Source: Gemmatimonadota bacterium (lineage in GTDB: Bacteria > Gemmatimonadota > Gemmatimonadetes > Longimicrobiales > Gaopeijiaceae). Taken from it: DNA of 64,000 bases. Position 1 is the stretch's first letter, and every line of letters starts with the position of its first letter. Shown here one piece after another: positions 37,509 to 45,810 of this stretch. The DNA is taken from NCBI GenBank assembly GCA_022826005.1, contig JAJDVT010000058.1, positions 6,605 through 70,604 of the forward strand, given 5' to 3'. The translations under genes and the position numbers were made by a program. Under the pieces are notes generated by a model. It was not told the origin of the DNA. It saw only the letters and a list, made by a program, of their open reading frames with translations, and did no database searches.

Positions 37509-37673
37509 CTACCGCGACCGCTCCACCCGCACCGTCACCAGATCGCTCAGGTGGTAGTGGCGAAGCCGCACCGATGACGCGTAGTGGCTGAGCAGCCGGA
37601 GTGACAGCTCCTGCTCCACAGAGACCGCGTGCTTCTCCAGCAGCTCGGCACTCGTCACCTGCAAGACGGACAC
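37509..37673 (-). CDS. possible small ORF (54 aa), function unknown
   Basis: Very high GC3 (about 90 percent by my count) in this frame from about 37673 to the stop at 37509. GC3 collapses in the AT-rich operator region upstream, so the listed 101-aa ORF is over-extended. I recognise no homology. Confidence 0.3.
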   Translation of the reverse strand: MSVLQVTSAELLEKHAVSVEQELSLRLLSHYASSVRLRHYHLSDLVTVRVERSR

Positions 37674-37700
37674 CTGCTCGATTCGCGGGAAGGCGTGGCC

Positions 37701-37745
37701 TTGACATGTACGACATGGTGTCGCACTATACGATAGCATGTCGTA
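37701..37745 (+). promoter_or_regulatory. promoter with two tandem BlaI-type palindromic operators
   Basis: Perfect -35 TTGACA (37701-37706) with a -10-like CACTAT/ACTATA 17-18 nt downstream. Operator 1 is TACGACA-tgg-TGTCGCA (37709-37725). Operator 2 is TACGATA-gca-TGTCGTA (37729-37745). Confidence 0.7.
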
Positions 37746-37773
37746 GTTAAACGTGTCAGGAGGCAGCCACCCG

Positions 37774-38142
37774 GTGACGATACCGAAACTTGCGAACGCA
37801 GAACTCGCGGTCATGAACCGGCTCTGGGAGGAGGGGACCCTGACGGCCCGCCAGCTCCGAGAGCATCTCTATCCGGACGCCACGAGACCGATGCACGGCA
37901 CGATTCAGAGGCTGCTGCAGCGGCTGGAGGCCAAGGGCTTCGTCGAACGTGACAGCGACCGGGCCGCGCACCTCTTTTCGCCGCGGATCAGCCGAGAGGC
38001 CTACGCGGCCGGTTGCCTGGAGTCCTTGGCGGACCAGGTCACCGGCGGCTCGTTCGCGCCGATGATCACGCACTTGGTGGAGGAGCGGAAACTATCCGAC
38101 GCCGACATGGATCACCTGCGCCGACTGTTGGAGGAGAAGTGA
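37774..38142 (+). CDS. BlaI/MecI/CopY-family transcriptional repressor
   Basis: Winged-helix pattern LANAELAVMNRLWEEGTLTARQLREHL...HGTIQRLLQRLEAKGFVER. GTG 37774 lies 10 nt after CAGGAGG. An upstream GTG at 37753 is also in frame. Confidence 0.88.
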   Translation: MTIPKLANAELAVMNRLWEEGTLTARQLREHLYPDATRPMHGTIQRLLQRLEAKGFVERDSDRAAHLFSPRISREAYAAGCLESLADQVTGGSFAPMITHLVEERKLSDADMDHLRRLLEEK

Positions 38143-39578
38143 CGGACCTGGCCCTGCAGATCGCAGGCAGCAAGCTTGCAATCTCGGTGATCCTCGGCGG
38201 CGTGGTGTGGCTCGCCGCGATCGGCGAGCGACGACCACGCCTGTGCCATGCGCTCTGTCTCGCCCTGCTCTCGGCTCTTCTCATCCCGCCGTTGATTGCT
38301 ATCCCCGTCCTGCGGCCCGATCCGACCGCCGCTGTGTCGTTGGACCCGGTGCTCGGCGAAGCCACTTTCCCGATCGAGACCGATGCTCTGACCCGTGTCG
38401 CCGGGGATGTCTCGTTAGGGCGAGGGTTTGTGCGGTACGGAAAGGCCGGACTCGTCCCCGTCTGGTTCCTCGGGGTTGCGGTAGTTCTGGGTTGGACGAT
38501 CGTGCGGGCACGATCCTTCCGCCGTTTCCTCCGGGGAGCCTCGATCGAAGCCCCGGCCACGTTACGGCACGAGGCGAAGGAGGTCGCGCACATCCTTGGC
38601 CTCGCGACGGTTCCGGCGATCTACACGACTGACGCGCTGATTTCTCCGATGGTCTGCTGGAGCGGTGGCGCGGTGCGCGTATACATCCCTTCAACCCTGC
38701 TCAACGGCATGGAACCGGCCCAGTCACGCTGGATTCTGGCGCACGAACTGGCCCATGTCCGCCGCCGCGACCACCTCGTCCGCTGGCTGGAGTGGCTCGC
38801 ATGTACGGCGTTTTGGTGGAACCCGGTTGCGTGGTGGGCGCGACGACGGCTCCGGTCTGCAGGGGAGGTATGCTGCGACGCCATGGTCGTGCGTGCGTTC
38901 AACTGCACTCCCCGGGCCTACGCCAGCGCGCTGATGCGGGCTATCGACCTTGTTCGTACCGGAGGAGCGCCTCGCGTTGCCACCTTCGCTAGCCCCGCCG
39001 GCAGCGGGCAGCGAATGCGCATACTCGAAAAGAGACTTGGAGTGATCATGACGGCCAGGTCCGCCAGGACCCGTCCACCCGCGCCGCGCCTCGCAACGCG
39101 GGGCGGTTTCGTGGCCGTCCTGGCCCTGGGTCTGGTGTACTGCGGCGAGCAGCCCTCACCGGCCGCCCCCGAATTGCCTGGCTGGCTTGCCGAGCAGGAT
39201 CTCGATCAGATCGCCGAATACGCGATTGCGCCTCTCCACTCGCTTCTGTCGCCGGGCGGCGGGGACGCTGGCTGGACGGGCCGCGTCCCCAGGGATGCCA
39301 ACGACGTCTCGGTCGAAGCCGACGGCCTTCGCTCGATGTCGGATGGGGAGTACACGGTTCCGGGATTGGGCTTGATTCTGGTCGACTACGACCAGCGGGT
39401 TCCATACCGGGAGCAGGAAGCGCTGTGGACCTCCATCGCCCAACTGACGGCGAGCGATCGAAGCGCGGGATTCCTGGTTGCTCGCCAGGCCGACGATGGT
39501 GAATGGATCTTTCTCGACAAGGTCCCCGAAGCTTCAAGCTCCACGCTGCATCTCATTTCCCTGGAGCGCGATCAATGA
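38139..39578 (+). CDS. M56-family (BlaR1-like) membrane metalloprotease / signal transducer with uncharacterised C-terminal domain
   Basis: GTGA overlap with the repressor gene. HELAHVRRRDH zinc motif (HELAH at 38742-38756). The N-terminal TM domain is followed by a further TM segment and a ~170-aa C-terminal domain with no SxxK motif. Confidence 0.88.
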   Translation: MTDLALQIAGSKLAISVILGGVVWLAAIGERRPRLCHALCLALLSALLIPPLIAIPVLRPDPTAAVSLDPVLGEATFPIETDALTRVAGDVSLGRGFVRYGKAGLVPVWFLGVAVVLGWTIVRARSFRRFLRGASIEAPATLRHEAKEVAHILGLATVPAIYTTDALISPMVCWSGGAVRVYIPSTLLNGMEPAQSRWILAHELAHVRRRDHLVRWLEWLACTAFWWNPVAWWARRRLRSAGEVCCDAMVVRAFNCTPRAYASALMRAIDLVRTGGAPRVATFASPAGSGQRMRILEKRLGVIMTARSARTRPPAPRLATRGGFVAVLALGLVYCGEQPSPAAPELPGWLAEQDLDQIAEYAIAPLHSLLSPGGGDAGWTGRVPRDANDVSVEADGLRSMSDGEYTVPGLGLILVDYDQRVPYREQEALWTSIAQLTASDRSAGFLVARQADDGEWIFLDKVPEASSSTLHLISLERDQ

Positions 39579-40813
39579 ACGGGGTGTCCGGAATGTCCCG
39601 TCCCTCCACGATCGACATGGTGAGACACGTCCTGCTGTCAGCGGCCGTCACGGTCGGCGTGGGGGCATGTGACGACGCCCATCGCGCCGCCGGTCTCCGG
39701 GACGCCGACCGGTTCGTCGCCCTCGAGATGGATACCATCTACCAAATCGGACTCGACGGAGACGGGCACTACTTCGGCCGCGTATCATCCATCGGCTTCG
39801 ACGCCTCTGGGCGCCTCCACGTGCTGGACACTGACGCGCATGAGGTCACGTCTTGGGCCGACGATGGCCGGATGATCAGGCGTTTCGGGTCAAGGGGCGA
39901 CGGCCCCGGCGAATTCCGGACCCCGCGGGGGGCGTACGTGTTCCGGGACGGCACCGTGGCGGTTCGTGACATCGGCCATCGCGCCCTTGTGACCTTCGAT
40001 TCGGCCGGCGAGCATGTGGGCAACATTCGCATGGCAGGCGGCCGTGTGCCGGGCAACGGCGCGGTCGTCCTCGCCGGGATGCGGCTGGTTGGGCCCCATG
40101 ACCCCTGGATGACCAGCGGCAGCACGACGGACAGTGAGCGGCCGGTATACCGGTTTTCCCTTGAGCGCGACTCTCTCAGATCCGAACTGCTGTTTGTCGC
40201 CTGGCGCTCGACCGAGGACGACATGAGCTTCGTTCCCACCCTGCGCCACGCCGCGCTTCCCGACGGCCGGATCGTGGTGGCCGACTCGGCCGTGGGCTAC
40301 CGGATTGACATCCTCTCGACGGAGGGGGCGATCGACGGTACGCTCGAGCGGGCCGTCACCCCTTGGCCGGTGACGGAAGAAGTGATGGAAGCCGAGCGCG
40401 AGCGTCTGATCGCCGGTCTCCCCGATGAGAGAGCGCTGGCTCGGGCCGTGGAGGAGATGCAGGCGGCGATGGGGATCAGGCTCGCAAACGGAGTTGACCA
40501 TGCCGAGACCATGGAAAACTCGCGCGCCCTTATCGCGGATCGTCGATTTGCCAGCCACATTCCGGTGATCCGCCGCCTGCGAGCGGACTGGGACGGCCGG
40601 ATCTGGGTCGTCCGGAGCGACGCGACGGGAGGCGGGGACGGACCGATCGACCTGATCACCGTGGAGGGCGGGTATCTGGGCAGCTTGCATCAGGAAGACC
40701 TCGGACTTCCGTCGGCCTTCGGCCCGGATGGACTGATGGCCTACCGGCGAACTGACGAGTTCGGCAGGCAGGGCATCCTGGTCGTGCGATTGCGACAAGG
40801 GCAGCTGGATTGA
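39575..40813 (+). CDS. 6-bladed beta-propeller family lipoprotein (paralogue A)
   Basis: ATGA overlap with the M56 gene. Lipobox VGVGAC. Family motif GSRGDGPGEF and repeated hydrophobic-strand/DxxG blades. Confidence 0.82.
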   Translation: MNGVSGMSRPSTIDMVRHVLLSAAVTVGVGACDDAHRAAGLRDADRFVALEMDTIYQIGLDGDGHYFGRVSSIGFDASGRLHVLDTDAHEVTSWADDGRMIRRFGSRGDGPGEFRTPRGAYVFRDGTVAVRDIGHRALVTFDSAGEHVGNIRMAGGRVPGNGAVVLAGMRLVGPHDPWMTSGSTTDSERPVYRFSLERDSLRSELLFVAWRSTEDDMSFVPTLRHAALPDGRIVVADSAVGYRIDILSTEGAIDGTLERAVTPWPVTEEVMEAERERLIAGLPDERALARAVEEMQAAMGIRLANGVDHAETMENSRALIADRRFASHIPVIRRLRADWDGRIWVVRSDATGGGDGPIDLITVEGGYLGSLHQEDLGLPSAFGPDGLMAYRRTDEFGRQGILVVRLRQGQLD

Positions 40814-41278
40814 GGTGGCCCGACCACCCCCGCCAGCCCAAAACCACCTGCAAGCCACCGCTTTCCGCCCGTGGATCGCGAAACTTCGGCAAGCCGGTGG
40901 ACGGGCTCGTTTCCGGCCCGATTCCGGAGAGGATGGCACGCGTTTCAAACGCCTCCCAAAGGCGGAGGCGGCCCCTCTACGCGATCCTAACGCGCCCCCA
41001 CCGAGCGCGCACCGACGTGGACGGCAACCGTTTGCAACCCGAACAGGCGTCGCGCCGGGTCGGCCCGGCAGGTCGCCGCTCCCGGTGCGACGCGGGGCTG
41101 TCTACGGCCCGCCCGAAGATGCCATGATGCATACTGTAGACACGGACGCCTCCCCGCTCCCGCTGAAACCGCTTCCTGAGCAGCTCCGTATTTTGCACCG
41201 TTACGGCGACCGGCTCACACGGCACCAGCACGCGCTCACGGGTGAGCCCGAAGAAACCCCTCCAAAGGGCGGACACCC

Positions 41279-42166
41279 ATGCTTCAAATCAGAGACCTCG
41301 TCAAGGTCTACCCCGGACCCGTCGCGGCGCTGCAGGGCGTCTCCCTCGAAGTCCCGACAGGCATGTTCGGCCTCCTCGGCCCCAACGGCGCGGGCAAGAC
41401 CACATTGATGCGCATCGTGGCCGGCTTGCTGGAGCCCACCTCCGGCACCGTCCACTTCAACGGCGAGGACATCGTCGCCGACCCTCGCCGCATTCGCCGC
41501 CAGCTGGGCTACCTGCCCCAGGATTTCGGCTTCTACCCTCACCTCACGGGCGAGTCCATGCTCCGGTTCCTCCTCGTGCTGAAGGGAGTGCAGGCGCCCG
41601 GGGGGCTGAAGCACCTCGCGGCGGAGCTCCTCGACCGGGTGAACCTTTCCTACGCGGCCAGGCGCAAGGTCAAGGGCTACTCGGGCGGGATGCGGCAGCG
41701 GCTGGGGATCGCGCAGGCGCTGGCGGGAGATCCGCGGCTGCTGATCGTCGACGAGCCCACCGCGGGGCTCGACCCGGAAGAGCGGCTCCGCTTCTACCGC
41801 CTGCTCGCCGAGCTCGCCGAGGACCGCACGGTGCTGCTGTCGACGCACATCGTCGAGGACATCTCGGTGCTCTGCCCGCGCATGGCGATCATGCACGCAG
41901 GGCGCTTCGTGGCGGACACCACGCCGGCCGAGGCGCGGGGCCGGCTGGCCGGAACGATCTTCCAGGGCACGGTCGGCCGGGAGGGGCTCGCCGAGATCGA
42001 CCGCAACTACCGGGTGACGCAGGCAATCCTGATCGAGGGGCGCAACCAAGTGCGGATCCACCTGCCCGAGGGGTCGCCGCCGGACGGCTTCCAGGCTTCG
42101 GAACCCACGCTGGAGGACGCGTACCTGCTGCTGTCGCAGGCCAACGGGTCCGGAAACGCCTTGTGA
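41279..42166 (+). CDS. ABC transporter ATP-binding protein (copy 2)
   Basis: 295 aa, colinear with 31913..32887 and highly similar to it. Walker A GPNGAGKTT, signature YSGGMRQRLG, Walker B LLIVDEPTAGLD. Confidence 0.92.
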   Translation: MLQIRDLVKVYPGPVAALQGVSLEVPTGMFGLLGPNGAGKTTLMRIVAGLLEPTSGTVHFNGEDIVADPRRIRRQLGYLPQDFGFYPHLTGESMLRFLLVLKGVQAPGGLKHLAAELLDRVNLSYAARRKVKGYSGGMRQRLGIAQALAGDPRLLIVDEPTAGLDPEERLRFYRLLAELAEDRTVLLSTHIVEDISVLCPRMAIMHAGRFVADTTPAEARGRLAGTIFQGTVGREGLAEIDRNYRVTQAILIEGRNQVRIHLPEGSPPDGFQASEPTLEDAYLLLSQANGSGNAL

Positions 42167-45100
42167 GTTCTTTCACAAGATGGTGGGAGGTCGTCCGGCG
42201 CGAATTCCTGACCGGGCTCCGCCGTCCCGGCTACTGGATCCTCCTCTTCCTCATGGGGATGCTGGCGCTCGGGCTGTCCGACGGGTCCGTGACCATCGCA
42301 TCCGGCGGCGGCGAGGCGGGACGACCCCATCTCACCTCGGTCTTCGGCCAGAGCAGGGTCCAGTCCATCCTGATCATTTCGCTGGGCGGCCTGTTCCTGG
42401 CAATCTTCTCCGGGTTGACCGTGATCCGGGACATCGAACTCCGCGTCGGGGAGGTGCTCCATTCGACGCGCCTCACGATCCGCGGGTACATCTGGGGCAA
42501 GTTCTGGGGGGGCGTGGCCGTCTTTGCCCTGATCTGGACGCTCTATCTGCTCACCTCGATCGGCTTCAACCACGTCCTGCAGAGCGGGAAGGACCACATC
42601 GGCCCGTTCGTGCTGGCCAACTATCTCTTCCCGACGCTGCTCTTCGGGGTTCCGCAGATCCTCCTGTTCGCGGGGGTTCCTTTCCTGATCGGCACCTGGT
42701 CGCGCCGCCCGATCCTGGTCTTCCTGTTCCCGATGGTGGTGCTTCTGCTCGCCTTCACGGTGCTGACCACCTGGGCGCCGAGCTGGATGTCGCCGGAAAT
42801 CAACCGGACCCTGATGCTGATCGATCCGTCCGGTTTCCGCTGGCTGACCCAGACATTCCTCGTGATCGACCGCGGGGTCGACTTCTACAACACGTCTCCG
42901 CTTCGCCCCGATGTGGGCTTCGTGATGAGCCGGCTGGCATTTGTCGCCGCCGGGCTGTTCGCGGTGACCGGGGCCGCGGCGAGCTACACGCGGCGCCTGC
43001 GCACGGGCGCCTCGGATTCGCGCATCGGGCGACTGTTCCGCCGGCGCCGAACACCCCCGGCGGCCAGGCCCGCGTCAGGCGCGCCCCTCAAGGTTCTGGA
43101 GATGGCGACGCGTCCCCTGGGCTTCTGGAAGGCGGCCATGGTCATCGCCCGGAGCGAAGTCCGGGACCTCGTGACGCGTCCCGCCATGTACTTCTTCGTG
43201 CCGCTTATCCTGCTGCAGGTGATCTCGTCGACGGCGCTGGGCTACGGTCCCTTCAGTTCGCGCGTCCTCCTGACGCCCGGCACCGTCGCCGAGCAGCAGC
43301 TCAACACGCTGAACCTGCTGATCTGCGCGCTGCTGCTCTTCTACACGGTCGAGTCGCTGCACAAGGAACGCAACCGCAGGATGCACGAGATCTACAACTC
43401 GGCACCCGCGGGCACCGGCGCGATGCTGCTGGGCAAGACGATGGGAAACGCCGCCATGGCCGGTCTCATCCTCCTGGCCGCGCTGTTCTCGGGCGCCGGG
43501 ACCATCCTGTACCACCAGCTCGTCAACGGCAGTCCGGTGGGGTACGATCTCTTCCCGTTCATCGCGGTGTGGGGCGGCGTGCTGCTCCCCACCTTCGCCT
43601 TCTGGACAGCGCTCATCACGGCGCTTTTCGCCCTCCTGCGCAACCGCTACGCGGCCTACGGGGCCGGGCTCGCGATCCTCATCTACACGATCTACCGACA
43701 GGAGACGGGGGGGACCCCCGGCTGGCTCATGAACTGGCAGGGGTGGAACCTGGTCCGCTGGACCGACTTGGGGGCATTCACCCTGCACGGCACCCCGATC
43801 CTGCTGAACCGGCTGCTCTATCTCAGCTTCGTCCCGCTTCTGGTTGCGGTTGCGGTGCGGTGGTTCCCGCGGCGGGCCTTCGACGCGACGGCGACCCTGA
43901 ACCGCCTGCATCCCAAGTCGCTCGCACTCGGCACCCTGCGTCTCCTGCCACTGGCGGTCGCGCCCGTCGTGCTGGCCTCGATGCTCTACTTCGGCGTCCG
44001 CTCCGGGTATCAGCGTTCCGGCGCGAGTGCGTGGAGGGCAGACTACTGGGAGCGCAACTTCGCGACCTGGAGCGGCTTCGAGATGCCGTCGGTGTCCCAT
44101 GTCGACCTGGATCTGGAGATCGAGCCCGCGCAGCGGTCCATCGCGGTCAAGGGGGCGTACACGTTCCTGAACCACCGCGACCATGCGTACGAGGAACTCC
44201 CGGTCACCGCCGCACCGTGGGACTCCATGGAGTGGACTCTGGCCGGGGAGACGTACGAACCCGAGGACCGCGACAACCTGTTCGTCTTCACGCTGGACGA
44301 GCCCCTGGCCCCCGGAGATACCGTCACGATCGGCTTCAGCCACAATCTGGTACGGCTTGAAGGCATGAGCCGGCGGCCGGGCGGCGCCGCCGACTTCATC
44401 CTCGAGTCGGGCGTCGTGCTCGACGGCTTCGAACCGACTTTCGTGCCGGTCCCGGGGTACGATCCGGACATCGGGTCGCCCGGCTTCCGCCGCCCCGAAA
44501 TCGAGGACGACTTCTACCTGGGCGAGACGGAGCCGCTGATCGGGTGGGCCGGCAGCCCCTTCACCGTTCGCACCCGCATCACCATCCCGGAAGGGTACAC
44601 GGCCAATGGGGTCGGCCAGCTGGTCAGCGACGAGGTGGCCGGGGGCTGGCGCACGGTGGTATGGGAGACCGACCACCCGGTGCGCATGTTCAACGTCGTC
44701 GCCGGCAGGTACGACGTGACCGAGGGGGAAGGGACGGCGATCTACCATCACCCCGGTCACGACTACTACGTCGAAGAGATGTCCGCGACCCTGGACGCGG
44801 CTCGGAGATACTATTCCGAGTGGTTCCATCACTTCCCCTGGAGCGTTCTCAAGCTCTCGGAGCTGCCGATCTTCTTCCCGGGCGCACAGGGATTTCCGAC
44901 GAACATCGTCTTCGGCGAGGGGATGGGATTCCTCACCCAGCGCGATCCCCGCTCCCACCTGGGGTTCATGGTGGTGGCGCACGAGGCCGCGCATCAGTGG
45001 TGGGGCAACCTGCTCGGGCCGGGCCGGGGTCCCGGGGGCAACATGCTCTCGGAAGGGATGTCGAACTACGCGACCACCCTGCTCCACGAACAGGTCTACG

Positions 45101-45738
45101 GCGACCGCTACCGGATGGAGTTCACGAAGCGGATGGAGTCGACCTACACGCGTAGGCGGCGCGTGGACACGGAACGCCCCATGGTCGACTTGATGGGCGG
45201 TTCCTACAACAAGGGCGCGTGGGCGATGTGGATGCTTCAGCAGGAGATGGGCCGGGAGAACATCCTGGCGGGACTGCGCGCGTTCATCGGGAAGTACAAG
45301 GAGAACCCGGACCATCCGGTGATCCAGGACATGCTGGCCGTTCTGCGGGACTTCGCGCCGGACACGGCGGCGTTCGACGACTTCACCGGGCAGTGGTTCT
45401 TCGAAGTGGTGCTGCCGGAGTACACGCTTTCGGAGGTGACGAGGGTGCAGGAGGGGGATGAATGGGTGGTGCGGGGGACGGTTGAGAATGTGGGGACAGG
45501 GCGGATGAGGGTGCAGGTGGGCGCCGTTGTGGGCGAGCGATGGTCTGACGAGGGCGAGGATGCCGATCGTTCGGTAGTGGCTGAGGGGTACCGCGACGCG
45601 CGCACCGAGTTGGAGCTGGGCGCCGGGGAGTCGGCGGAGTTCGTGATCCGTGCCGCGTTCGAGCCCGGCCGCGTGGTGATCGACCCGGATGTGCTGGTCC
45701 TGCAGGTGAACCGGGACGCTGCCGTGTTCGAGTTCTGA
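42163..45738 (+). CDS. ABC-2-type permease fused to an M1-family (gluzincin) zinc peptidase domain (copy 2)
   Basis: GTG 42163 (VSSFTRWWEVVRREFL), with the same GTGA overlap as copy 1. Exactly 1191 aa. HEAAH at 44980-44994. The track ORF 41242..45738 (1498 aa) is an out-of-frame upstream extension across the ATPase gene. Confidence 0.88.
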   Translation: MSSFTRWWEVVRREFLTGLRRPGYWILLFLMGMLALGLSDGSVTIASGGGEAGRPHLTSVFGQSRVQSILIISLGGLFLAIFSGLTVIRDIELRVGEVLHSTRLTIRGYIWGKFWGGVAVFALIWTLYLLTSIGFNHVLQSGKDHIGPFVLANYLFPTLLFGVPQILLFAGVPFLIGTWSRRPILVFLFPMVVLLLAFTVLTTWAPSWMSPEINRTLMLIDPSGFRWLTQTFLVIDRGVDFYNTSPLRPDVGFVMSRLAFVAAGLFAVTGAAASYTRRLRTGASDSRIGRLFRRRRTPPAARPASGAPLKVLEMATRPLGFWKAAMVIARSEVRDLVTRPAMYFFVPLILLQVISSTALGYGPFSSRVLLTPGTVAEQQLNTLNLLICALLLFYTVESLHKERNRRMHEIYNSAPAGTGAMLLGKTMGNAAMAGLILLAALFSGAGTILYHQLVNGSPVGYDLFPFIAVWGGVLLPTFAFWTALITALFALLRNRYAAYGAGLAILIYTIYRQETGGTPGWLMNWQGWNLVRWTDLGAFTLHGTPILLNRLLYLSFVPLLVAVAVRWFPRRAFDATATLNRLHPKSLALGTLRLLPLAVAPVVLASMLYFGVRSGYQRSGASAWRADYWERNFATWSGFEMPSVSHVDLDLEIEPAQRSIAVKGAYTFLNHRDHAYEELPVTAAPWDSMEWTLAGETYEPEDRDNLFVFTLDEPLAPGDTVTIGFSHNLVRLEGMSRRPGGAADFILESGVVLDGFEPTFVPVPGYDPDIGSPGFRRPEIEDDFYLGETEPLIGWAGSPFTVRTRITIPEGYTANGVGQLVSDEVAGGWRTVVWETDHPVRMFNVVAGRYDVTEGEGTAIYHHPGHDYYVEEMSATLDAARRYYSEWFHHFPWSVLKLSELPIFFPGAQGFPTNIVFGEGMGFLTQRDPRSHLGFMVVAHEAAHQWWGNLLGPGRGPGGNMLSEGMSNYATTLLHEQVYGDRYRMEFTKRMESTYTRRRRVDTERPMVDLMGGSYNKGAWAMWMLQQEMGRENILAGLRAFIGKYKENPDHPVIQDMLAVLRDFAPDTAAFDDFTGQWFFEVVLPEYTLSEVTRVQEGDEWVVRGTVENVGTGRMRVQVGAVVGERWSDEGEDADRSVVAEGYRDARTELELGAGESAEFVIRAAFEPGRVVIDPDVLVLQVNRDAAVFEF

Positions 45739-45766
45739 CCAGCAGGCCGGGGTTTTTCGTTGGACT

Positions 45767-45787
45767 AATGCAGCGGGGACTTATTCC
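45767..45787 (+). repeat. 21-nt exact direct repeat, copy 2 (AATGCAGCGGGGACTTATTCC)
   Basis: Identical to 31163-31183. Here it is part of a hairpin CAGCGGG-N14-CCCGCTG (45771-45798) in a convergent intergenic region. Confidence 0.9.
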
Positions 45788-45810
45788 GCAGCCCGCTGGC
45801 GGTTCACCCG

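Noticed and set aside
38139-39578. Beta-lactam-sensing BlaR1 or a beta-lactamase regulon.
   Set aside because: The C-terminal domain lacks SxxK/PBP motifs, and no beta-lactamase or PBP2a-type gene is nearby. Only the M56 family and BlaI-type regulation are supported.
40814-41278. 465-nt gap before ABC copy 2, containing ORFs 40815..41408 (+), 40810..41127 (+) and 40977..41276 (-).
   Set aside because: None of these ORFs has recognisable motifs. They overlap the ABC gene start or abut it head-to-head, and their composition is Arg/Pro-rich. The region is more likely a promoter/leader. Similar CTCC(C)AAAGG(G)CGGA motifs occur at about 40951 and 41259.
41242-45738. 1498-aa ORF suggesting one giant protein.
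   Set aside because: The first ~307 aa are an out-of-frame read across the ABC ATPase gene. The paralogue (32884..36459) shows that the true start is the GTG at 42163.
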